A DNA stretch of 64,000 bases from Trichosphaerium sp. ATCC 40318 (lineage: Eukaryota; Protista; Tubulinea): the NCBI GenBank assembly GCA_038496445.1, contig JALMLS010000455.1, positions 1-64,000 on the forward strand, given 5' to 3'. A program made the translations under genes and the position numbers. Below the pieces are notes generated by a model. That model was not told where the DNA came from. It made no database searches and saw only the letters and a program-made list of their open reading frames with translations. Below are positions 1-10,260 of the stretch, one piece after another. Position 1 is the stretch's first letter, and the number at the start of each line of letters is the position of its first letter.

Positions 1-3000
1 TCATCATCATCACTTTCTTCTTCTTTACCTTTCTTATTATCTTCCTCCTCCTCTTCTTTGCTCTCTTCATCATCTTCACTCAACTGGGTCAAATCTATTT
101 TACCAGCTACAAAAAAAAACTCCAAGTAAGTCATGTGAAGTTTGCGTAAAAAATGCTATATTTCGAACAGGAAAAATACGTGTCGGCGACCGACCGCGAG
201 CTCGCGGTCACGTTCGAACACAGAAAATGTGTGTTAAAAAAATCGGCGAAAGGAAAAAATTAATATAAAACTTGCCTTTGATCAAGGTGTCACCAGACTT
301 TGATTCAGGATCAATAACCAAGGTGAGGTGCAATCTTCCATCCACTTTTTTAATCAAAGTAGGCATAGACAACAATTGGAGCATCTCTTCAGTCTTTGCC
401 TTGTAAAATTTTTGCAACAACCCCTTTCTCAAAGCCAAACTTCTTCTCCTCTTGGTTCTTGGAGTTAGAGGTTGAGTGGATTGAGAGCCATATTGAGAGG
501 AAGAGGCAGCAGGCTTCTCAGAAGAAGATTCACCATTGTTGGATGGTGCAAGTGCTAAGTAAGAACAACATGAGTACTGAGTTATGTCAAAAACAAAAAA
601 AAACAAAACTCCGAGCTATTTTTCAACAGATAAAACACGTGTCGGCAACCGACCGCGAGCTCGCGGTCTAATACGAACACGGAAAATATGTGTTTGCATT
701 TAACGTACCTCGTTTTAGTCTCTGACTGCTTCTTGTGGTCATCTTTGTTGGTCCTGACCTTTTATTTACATCATGTTTTGATGTAGAAGGCTGTGGTTTA
801 TCAGAATCTAAATAACATCAACTGGTACATTGGTTTATGAAGAAAAAAAAAAAAATGAAAAAAAAAAAGAAGGAAAAACCAACACATCGCGATCGTGTTC
901 GTACCGAGTACGATCGGTCTGTGAGTTACTACACTTTCAAACCAAGGCTCACTTGATTTTTTGAACAACCCATGTGCTCTGCTGCTTCTTCTTGGTCTTT
1001 TTTGCAGCTGGATTTCTTCTGAAACCTCATCCTCAACCTCATCCTCAACCTCATCCTCATCCTCATCTTCTTTTTTTCTCAAAATCTTCTTCTTCATCTG
1101 ATGTAGGAGGAGTTGTTTTAACCATAGGCTTCTTTTTCTTGCCTTTGCCTTTACCTTTTTTTTTATGCCTGTTTATGGCACTGCCTTCACTTGCCCTTGC
1201 ATTGGCAGTGTTCTTGGCCCTTGTATCTCTAAAAGGTAAGTAGGCATTCTCCAACATGGCTTCTAACTGAGGAGCTACAAAGGACATTAGTTTAAAAGTA
1301 AACTAGGGGAGAGAAAAAAAAAAAAAAAAGAGAAAAGAAAAGAGGTACGACCGCTACGTTCGACGAACAGGCGATTCGCGTGTAGCACCGAGCGCGACAT
1401 TGGATGTATAGTGTAAAAAAAAAAATGGCACTTACTTGCTTCTTCCACCTCAGGCAAATCCAAGCACTGCATAGACAACAGAGCAGTGTGAGAGAAGGAG
1501 AGCACATCTGCTGCTTGCTTGTACTTCATTTCTTCTATAACCATCTTGGGCAATTTTTGGCCATCTTCTGTGGTGCCGGTCCAAAGCAAGTGCAGGTCGT
1601 ACATCAAAAGCTGGCGAAATATACACGGACGCAGGCTGTTCGCGAAATTCACGTGCTCCTCCTCGGTGCTCGTGTCCCACGAGAGCTCGTACCAACCGAG
1701 CTCGTTCAGCTGTTTCAAGGCCTCGAGTTAAAGTTAGATGAGGGTGGAGGGAGAAGAAAAAAAAAAAACAACAAAAAAAAAAACTGACCGATTGGTTTTT
1801 TTTTTTTTTGTACCTGTGTGATATATTGGCTGCAGTTCTTGTACCTCTGCAAATAATAAGATTGATTGGTCTCATGATACACCCTGCAGGTCAGTGCCTT
1901 GACAAACTAAATGTACAAGTTAGGCACAAACCCTTTTTTCAAAAAAAAATATAAAAGGTACTTGACTTACTGCTATTCTGGCATGGAGAGGTAACTCTGC
2001 CCATGCAGCATGAGCCAATATTCTAGTCCTGTAGCCCACTGGATGTTTGGTGTGCTATGATGAGAGTGTGAGTGAACGGGCCGAAACTTTGTACGACACA
2101 CAAAATGCGTGTTCGAATCCGACCGCGAGCTCGCGGTCCGTACTTCGACACGTGAAATGCGTGTTCTAATAAAGACGAAAGCCTACGTACCACATTTTCA
2201 GCAGATGCAACCAATTCTGCTATCAGAGCACTGTCCAATGGCTCAAAAAACATGCCAGCCTTAACAAACTGCTTGCTTTCTTTCCAGTTGGTCACATATG
2301 GAAAGTATAGATTCATCTTAACCAAAAACTAAACAAAACAATCAGTTATAACATACAAATAAAAAAAAAATACAAACTAAAAATCGTCGGTTTTACAACA
2401 GAGTATTTTAGTGTTCGCACGTGACCGCGAGCTCGCGGTACGATATACGACACGCGAAACCTCTGTTTAAAAATACTTGCGAAAAAAAAAAAAAAAAAAA
2501 AGATTAAAATAAAAAAAAAAACAACCCTCACCTCTTTCCATTGAGCAGGACTGAGCTGAGGTTTGACTCTGCTGGCTCCCCATATCGCAAAATTCACCTT
2601 ACCTATATCTCCCGCCTCCGCTTGGTAATCGAAGACCTGGCCCGCGTCGTCGCACCACATCTTGAACAGGTGGCGGTAGCGATCCACCTTGGAGTCTGGA
2701 GTGGTCAGACTTTGCAGAAAGTTGATCTTGGTGCAGTAGATCGCTATCGCTTGCATCTTGGCGAAAGGATTTATCCACTCCACATTTTTGATTGCAAATT
2801 TGCAGGTTGTAGCTGCATTTTGTCTAAGGCAAACAAGTAAGAAACAATTGAACAATAAGGTAAGGAAAAGCAAAAAACCAGAAAAACAAAAAACAAAAAA
2901 AAGGTTCGTCGTTCGAGTTTTTTTTACGACAGGAAAATCTCGTGTTCGAACGTGACCGCGAGCTCGCGGTCGGTCGACCGACACGTAAAAAACGTGTTCG

Positions 3001-3384
3001 AAAATATTCGCGAACGTACGCCAACTCTGTCAAAAGACAGTGTGCTCCATCTCCAACTCCAAAGCCAACAATAGGGTCTGTATTGTACTCATCACACCAA
3101 ACAATAGGCATAGGGCAAAGCACAAACCTTTTGGTGAAGGTTTCATAAATAGGCATCTTTTGTATAATGTTCCTGGGGTTGACTCCTCTGACATTCAAAA
3201 AACAAGCTATGTGTGACATGTCCAAGGGGCCTTTGTAAAATGAGGGCTTCTTCACTCTCAGATACTTCTTGTTGATAGAGTTGGCAGCAATCCCTCTTAG
3301 CAGGCCCTTTTGTATTGATGGCTTTATGATGCAGCCATTCAATTTATTGGTGCCTGTCTTCATGTAGCTACATAAAAGTTAAAA

Positions 3385-3427
<43 letters not shown>

Positions 3428-4075
3428 GACGACGTTCGTTTTCGAACACGTAGAACGCGTGTTAAAAATATCGCGAAAATTGTTACTTACTCCACAAAGA
3501 GATGGAAATCTGAATCATTGCCAAAGCTCAAGGAATCTCTAAAATGGACCAAAAGAAGGGCAATGTAGTACCAAGAATCTGTGACATGAAGTCCCATGGC
3601 TGTGTAGAATATGCCAGTCCAGAGTAGCACCTGCCAATACAACTGTCTCCACTTGCAGCTTATAATCCATCCATTTTTTTCTTTCTCCTCTACCTCCGAT
3701 TCCTCATCTCCGTGTTCTCTCGGCATGGGTTCGTGCTCCTTGTAATCTCTGGTGTAGTTGCCTTCGAAGTGCATCGGCTTCCACCACTTTTCTTCGTCCG
3801 AGGAGTAGATTTTTCTGACGTCTTTGATAAACTTCTGCAGTTGGTCTACTCCTTCAACAAATGGAAATCTCTCCTAAAGAAACAAATTAATTTAAAAAAA
3901 AACAAAAAAAAAAAAACCAAAAAGCCAACGATTTTACAACAGGATATTTAAGTGTTCGTACACGACCGCGAGCTCGCGGTCACACGTTCGACACATGAAA
4001 ACTGTGTTATGAATACTTTAGGAAAAAAAATCAAAAAATAATCAAAAAAAAAAAAATCAGAAAAAAAAAAAAAAC

Positions 4076-4106
<31 letters not shown>

Positions 4107-5551
4107 AAACGAACACGGCCCGCGCGTGTATGTATCGGAAAACGTACCTTGAATGCTGCCTTCAGCTTGTTGTTAGGAGTTATTTGGGACTCCAACACAT
4201 TATCAAAGCTGGCAGCAAAAAACCCATTTAGGCATCTCTTCATCCTCTTGATGGGCATGGTTTTAGCATAAACCAACTGGTTGGCTATGATAACACCTCT
4301 ACATAGATAAATTAGTTGAAATGAATTAAAAATAAAAAAAAAAACAAAAAATAAAAAAAAATATAAATGACAGCTACGTTTACGAACATGCGCCGCGCGT
4401 GTTGCGTCGAACGCGAAATTAAATGGGTAAAAAAAAAAAAAAAAAAACCAACTTACTCAAAACCAAAGATAACATCTCTGTGTTCTCCAATGAGAGTACC
4501 CACAATTTTTGTTTCAGTGTTGTGGTTTCCATGGGTACTCACAATCATCCAACCAGGGCTTGTTGGAGCTAAAAAGAGTATTAGAAGATGGCACATTAAA
4601 TAAATATACAAACACGTTTTTTTCTGTGTGGAAAATATGACCTCGAGCTCGCGGTCGGAAACGAACACATTAAAAACGTGTTACGTACACAACGGCAAGC
4701 TTGCAGTCAGTTATAAAGCAAGACTTTCAAAAAAAAAAACGGTTTTTAAAAAAGTACACACTTTTTATGTGTACAAAAACCGACCGCGAGCTCGAGGTCA
4801 GGTACGAACACAATAAACATGTGTTGTATACCATATACCAAGCTTGCAGTCAGTTATAAAGCAAGACTTTCAAAAAAAAACGGTTTTTAAAAAAGTACAC
4901 ACTTTTTATGTGTACGAAAACCGACCGCGAGCTCGAGCCATGTACGAACACGTAAAAAGCGTGTTTATAATCGTACAGCGAGCTCGCAGTCTGTAAAAAA
5001 AGCAAAACAACAAAAAAATATTAAAAAAAAAAGTACACAATTAAATTGTGTACCAAAACCAACCGCCAACTAGCGCGACATGCGAACACGCAATATACGT
5101 GTTCTAATACCGCGACGAGCTCGCTGTTGAAAATTGAAGCAAAATAAAACAGTGTGAACCAAAACCAAACGAAAAAACAACGCACACGCGTTCTGCGTGT
5201 TACGAAACCCTCGTTTGGGTTTGGTTCTACCATGCAAAAAAACCGCATGGTAACGGAAAAATCGTACACATGAAAACCGTGTACAAAAACCGTCATTTTT
5301 TTTCGAAATTTATTTGAAAAATTAGGGGTTTTGAAAAAACCATTTAAAAGCAAAAAAACCCCCTTTATTAGTCTTTAAAAATTAAAATAAGACTAATAAA
5401 GGGGGTTTTAAAAAAAACAAAGAGTAAAAAAGAGGTTAGTACCTAGTACTCTCTTTCTCCTGAGCCTGGGCTTACCATCAGCTTCTTTGGAGGGCTCATC
5501 CTCATCAGAAAACTCAATGTTTATGAGAGAGAGGTCTTCATCTGAGCTCAT
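1..5551 (-). CDS. Large orphan multi-exon gene (at least 14 exons, >940 aa, 3' end outside the window) in an element-like region; no recognisable family
   Basis: Hand splicing gives one reading frame from MSSDEDLSLINIEF (ATG 5551). Approximate exons: 5551-5443, 4568-4457, 4298-4148, 3873-3491, 3367-3020, 2823-2532, 2328-2191, 2054-1971, 1906-1814, 1721-1440, 1302-953, 807-709, 554-276, 106-<1. Splice phases are compatible (GT-AG plus two GC-AG). One +1 shift in an A-run at ~1071-1077. Confidence 0.8.
192..4937. repeat. Dispersed intronic palindromic repeat, core GACCGCGAGCTCGCGGTC (9 copies)
   Basis: Exact copies at 192-209, 651-668, 2121-2138, 2954-2971 and 3964-3981. One-mismatch copies at 2423-2440, 4639-4656 and 4782-4799. 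A partial copy at 4923-4937. Confidence 0.95.
4698..4955. repeat. Tandem duplication of a ~142-bp unit containing the palindrome
   Basis: aagcttgcagtcagttataaagcaagactttcaaaa...gtacacactttttatgtgtac..aaccgaccgcgagctcgag occurs at ~4698 and ~4840. Confidence 0.9.
5355..5409. repeat. Perfect 21-bp inverted repeat (hairpin, 13-nt loop)
   Basis: aaaaccccctttattagtctt (5355-5375) pairs with aagactaataaagggggtttt (5389-5409). Confidence 0.95.
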
Positions 5552-5867
5552 CCTTGATTTATGAAAAGTCAAAAAAGTAAAATGAGGCTTTTTTTCCCCC
5601 AATAATTGCGTTGAGAAATAGACAGGAAAATTTCGTGTTTCGAAATGTGCACCGGAAATTTCGCCTGTTTTAAAAAAGTAAGAAAAAAATGAGAATTTGA
5701 CAGTTTGCAAGATTGTTGATGAGGTCTTGGGTTTGTAAAAAACCCTATCTTGCTGTAACCCTACAGGGAGATTGTATGTGCAAAAAACATAAAAAAAAGC
5801 CAAAAAAATCGAAAAAATTTTACAACAGGGTAGAGTAGTGTACAAAAAAATACGGTTGGTACATACT

Positions 5868-5950
5868 CCTAAACCCTAACCCTAGGCGATAATAAGCCAT
5901 AATATAAAACCTAAACCCTAATGTCAACTCAACCCTAGCCCTAACCCTAG
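5868..5950 (-). repeat. Interstitial telomere-like repeats (CCCTAA/CCCTAG on +)
   Basis: cctaaaccctaaccctag, ctaaacccta and ctcaaccctagccctaaccctag. Confidence 0.9.
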
Positions 5951-6199
5951 CTCAATAGTAGTCAATTGTAAACTTGTAAGGAAAAAAATACACAATGTCA
6001 ACACAACTCTAACATAATTTTATGTGTGTATTTAATGCAGCATAGTATAGGATGAAGCGCCATATTAATTCAAGTACAAAAATGCCTTCAGCATTTCTGC
6101 ACCTACCTGCGATGGCCTGTACAGGACAATATTCGGTGAATAAAAATCACATAGTCTCTAACCCTAATAAATATTGTGTTTGTATAAAATGTTTAATGA

Positions 6200-6292
6200 A
6201 ATTCACCACCAGAGATTTTTGAGAGAATTACACCAGAGATTTTTGTGAGAATTACACCGGAGATTTTTGTGATAATTCACCCTGTGATTTTT
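6200..6292 (+). repeat. Minisatellite, ~23-bp unit x4
   Basis: The unit (gag)aattacaccagagatttttg(t) is repeated. Confidence 0.85.
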
Positions 6293-6377
6293 GGATGAAA
6301 TTGGCCAATAATGAGGGTCTAAAATTCCTGAGATTTTTGAGAGTGATTATTGTTATTTTTACACTTTTCATTTTAGT

Positions 6378-6740
6378 ACTGTTTTATGAACCTGACATTA
6401 TATCAAATTCAAATGAAGAAAAATTTGATGACATTATGGAAATCCAATCCAACAATGCAAATTATGACAGCAATGATTATTTGAGTGTAGATCCAAACAT
6501 TGAATTGGATGTATATTTCAGTGATAAAGAATGTACAATTGAATTAAAACTTATTATTTAATAATTTCTTTTACAACCAAGTATGACTTGATCAATATGT
6601 ATGTGTCCAAGAAAAATAAAATTATTTGTGTTGTGCAAATATATGATGATCATGATGAAGAAAAGTGGACTTTACAACGAGCTTTAAAAAGAAATGTTGT
6701 GGTAGATAGTTTCTTGAAAACTATTTTACCAAAAGAATAA
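6378..6740 (+). CDS. Small spliced ORF or gene fragment between the telomere-like clusters
   Basis: ORF 6295-6561 (acidic ...MEIQSNNANYDSNDYLSVDPNIELD...) is followed by a second open segment YDLINMYVSKKNKIICVVQIYDDHDEEKWTLQRALKRNVVVDSFLKTILPKE*. Splicing is not resolved. Confidence 0.35.
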
Positions 6741-7106
6741 AAAATTATCTTAGTTACCAATAAAAGATTATCTTATATCTTATAGTCATTAATAGATATG
6801 AAAATAAATAATATCTCATTATGTTATCATATATATATAGATATGAATTTAAATTACAGTTTAACTATACATTATATACTAAGAATTTCGTGTATATGAG
6901 AAGTATATCAGTGGTAAAATGAAAACGGGATTTTGGATATAAATCCCACTAAATTCCTTTGTTTTAGGGATTTTTAAGGTAATTTGTGAAGAATTCTTTT
7001 TTTTTATTTTTTTTTATGGCAGGATTTTTGATAGAATTACCATAATATTCCCTTAAATACGGAATTTTCAGAATTATTGTACAAAATCCACCAAAAAATG
7101 TACTAA

Positions 7107-7179
7107 ATTAGTTAGGGTTAGGGTTAGGGCTAGGGTTGAGGTTTATGAAAGTACAAATTAAGTTAGGGTTAGGGTTTAG
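7107..7179 (+). repeat. Interstitial telomere-like repeats (TTAGGG/CTAGGG on +)
   Basis: gttagggttagggttagggctagggttgag and gttagggttagggtttag. Confidence 0.9.
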
Positions 7180-7729
7180 TTGTATATTTGCAAAAAACCA
7201 TCGACACCTTAGGTACATAGGTTTTTCTAGCGAACAATATCCACATGCTATTATTAGAGGTGAAAAAACCAATGGTACAGGTTAAAGTGGGTTAATCCAA
7301 AAAGTAACGGAGAACGCGTTTTAGGTGGTTTGGAAAATCACTTAAACATAAATATCTCTTACTTATCTGTTTTAGGATGATTAAAGCATTGCAACAGCGT
7401 TATTACACCATTAAAGAATGTATTTAAAGCATTAACTCCAAGTACGTTGTTTTTAAAGCTTATTTCCACTTAATTTATCAAAAAACCCTACACGTTCTTA
7501 ATTTAGCATTTACAAACACATTAATTATTGTTCAGGCTCTCAAAACCAAATGTGATCAAATTACTTCTTTCGTTTATGAAGACACGATGTATTTAACTTG
7601 TACGTGTTATTTAGGATGTTTGTATTTGTAATGATCAATAAATAAAATGACTTTGCACTAAATCTGAACCAAAGTATCGAATTAGTACAAATATTTTGTG
7701 TAATTTATAAAGTATTTTTTATTGAAATC

Positions 7730-7870
7730 TACAAAAAATACATTAAGAAATGCTATAAAGAATACATAAAGAATTCTATATAAAATACATACGCAATTCC
7801 AAAAGTAATACTTTAAGAATTCTATGGGTAATACTTATGGAATTTCATATAAATTCAATGGGAATTAAGG
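7730..7870 (+). repeat. Degenerate ~22-bp AT-rich tandem repeat
   Basis: About 5-6 aatacataaagaattctata-like units. Confidence 0.6.
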
Positions 7871-8354
7871 AAGAGTTTTTCCGTCTACTTTTCCCATAGG
7901 AAAACAGGGTGGATTACTTAAAAATTCCCATTTCTATTTTACTACTGATATATATATTTTTTTACCAAAAAAAAAGCCAATTTCAAACTCAAAATTGTTT
8001 ACATCTATGTAACTCATCACTATAAATACCTATAAATGAATTATTGCTTTTACCATGTTTACATGGCCTAATAACATATATGTACACACATAAAGTACTT
8101 AAAAATACATTTGTAAATGCAGCCTCCAAATGCAACTACATGGTAAAAATATCTCAAAATTTGCAAAAAAAAAAAGTTTGCATGTCACTCACAGGCCATG
8201 TAGTGCACAAATATCATTTTCAATGCTGCACACCATAATAATACATGCCTGTGCCTAGCGGCACAGCCATGAAAGTAGCAAAATCTAATAAAATCGAAAA
8301 AGTAGGCTAACAGCATAAATCATAGTTTTTAATCCTAATTGGCTTCTAGAGTAT

Positions 8355-8535
8355 AACCCTAATCATTATTTTACTCTATTAGGGCTAGGGTTAGGGCTGG
8401 TAATTGCAAATTTGATTTAGGGCTAGGGTTAGGGTTACAACCCTAATGATTATGAAACATCAGTTGCAGATTAGAGCTAGAGTTAGGTTTGGTATTTGCT
8501 ATACCATTTAGGGTTAGGGCTAGGGTTAACCCTAA
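8355..8535. repeat. Third cluster of telomere-like repeats in mixed orientation
   Basis: tagggctagggttaggg occurs several times, interleaved with aaccctaa. Confidence 0.9.
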
Positions 8536-8881
8536 ATATTTCACATTATTCCTTTTTTGCTATTAAAAGTTAAGAAGTATATGTTATGAAACTATAAAAT
8601 TAAAACTACTATAAAAATGGTTGAATTTGTATTGTATTCTACTTGTGGTTATGTTTACTGGATAGTGTTTGCAACATTTTTGTAAATAAACTATTGTCTG
8701 TATTGTATTGTTAACTTTTATTTTGGTACTTTTTTTGAGCCATTACCACATTACAAAGTTGTAGGGGTTTGGAAATGGCAAAAGTACACTATTGTACATA
8801 AACAAAATATGTGTTAACAAAGTAGTGGTTTATTTTTTATTTCCACACATACTTAACAACTCTTTACATTACACCACAAAC

Positions 8882-10069
8882 TTATTGGGCTGCTTGGAAC
8901 ACTGCAGGAGCTTGTGTTACATATGTTTGAATACTCCAGTCAGTTTCTAGTTCACGTGCAGGAGAAATTTGTACACCGTCACTTGTTACACGAGCAAATT
9001 GGACCTACTTTAGTCAGCAACAATAACAGCGATAATACGCACCTTATTGATGGTTCTGGCATCTCTGTAAAATAAAACCTTTAGCGCCTTTTCGAGTAAG
9101 GCTACCGCTTCTTGCTCTGTCAATGTCGGGTTACCAGCAGCATCACCCTTCCATCCACTGCGCAAAATCGGTCTAGCTAGATATGCGCCAAACCCAGTTG
9201 CGTTCTACACCACGTCAACAAAACAAAATTATGGGAAGATACAAAATATACCAAAAAAAAAAAAACAATAAATTAGACACAAAAAACATTTTACACGTGT
9301 CAACGTAATAAAGGCAATCGCTCCGTTTCAGTACCTCTGTGTCTTTGTACGCTGTACCATATAAGTCAACATAACCGAGATATGGCTTTCCTGATACAAG
9401 ACCGGCAATGAGCAATTGATTCCACAAAGGGTTGACTTCGCTTCTACGATTATACATTACACGCTCAAGGTAATTATGGATTTCTGATGGGCTGCGAGAC
9501 TATATATAAATGTCAACAAGTACAAGACCAATGAAATTGACGCGCACAGGAGCAAACGAAAAAAAAAAAAAAAAAACAAAACGACATGAGCTTTGCGTTG
9601 CGTTCGTTTGGAAATAGTTGGTAGGCTGTACAAGCGAATATAACGTACAGAACCGTCATCGATACAATAATCAGCCGTTTCAATCTCTTCCAAAGCATCC
9701 TTGATGTACTGGAAATCAGAGTATTCGCCTGAACCGCCTACAAGGGTTCTGTTGCCAACAGACATCAAACGTTCAAGGCTACGGAAGCGAGCCATTCTAC
9801 CGTATGAGCCCAGTGTATCAGCGGCCATCATAACGCCATCTTTGTAAGTTATAGCAACAACCGAGGTACCAGTAACGTAAGGTTGACTAAAATACAGGTG
9901 GTTAGGGTATTTGGTACTAATTACGTGCGCCAGCGCCAATTAAAGCCGCGGCGGTTGCGCTTTGCTCTTTTTTTTTTTGTAATGTTTGAAGCAAATTGCG
10001 CCCTAATCGTTTTTTAACACTAAAAACGTACGTGGTGTGCGACTTTCCAGGCAAATGGGACGTAGCCAT
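8882..10069 (-). CDS. PSMB4: 20S proteasome subunit beta-7 (PSMB4/Pre4), spliced
   Basis: QPYVTGTSVVAITYKDGVMMAADTLGSYG; MYNRRSEVNPLWNQLLIAG; ATGFGAYLARPILR; VLFYRDARTINK. Confidence 0.95.
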
Positions 10070-10260
10070 GTTGCGATTAATTTTTTGTTGGCTTGGGTTA
10101 TTTTTTTTTTCAGTGCGAAAACTCTTATTTTGTGGAAGTACACTGACTTTTCATAAAACGCGCTTGTAGCACAGTACAACAGTCCAGTATCATTGTCTCG
10201 CCATTTTTTTGGTACTTTGTGTGATTAACTTATTAAACACGCCTGTCTTTTAACTTGCGC

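Larger units (their letters stand above)
1..8800. mobile_element. Putative large transposon or endogenous-element block; right boundary near 8.3-8.8 kb, left part outside the window
   Basis: CpG nearly absent outside discrete islets, long poly(A) tracts, dispersed palindromes, tandem repeats and telomere-like repeats. Composition switches abruptly to normal CpG and compact genes at the PSMB4 3' end. No transposase is visible. Confidence 0.5.

Noticed and set aside
1063-1097. Premature stop making the orphan gene a pseudogene
   Set aside because: It arises from one extra base in an A7 run while all other exons stay open; a sequencing error is more likely, though unproven.
192-4937. Palindromic repeats read as a CRISPR array
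   Set aside because: Spacing is irregular (140-1,450 bp), the intervening DNA is spliced exons, there are no cas genes, and the context is eukaryotic.
7200-7650. Small spliced gene in the element block
   Set aside because: Splice-like signals are present, but I could not assemble a stop-free frame; possibly a decayed gene.
5868-8535. True chromosome telomere
   Set aside because: The repeats are short, degenerate, in both orientations and flanked by genes on both sides.
8786-8827. CACTA/TAGTG as an EnSpm terminus
   Set aside because: These are only 5-bp matches in AT-rich DNA near the PSMB4 3' UTR, with no partner terminus in the window.
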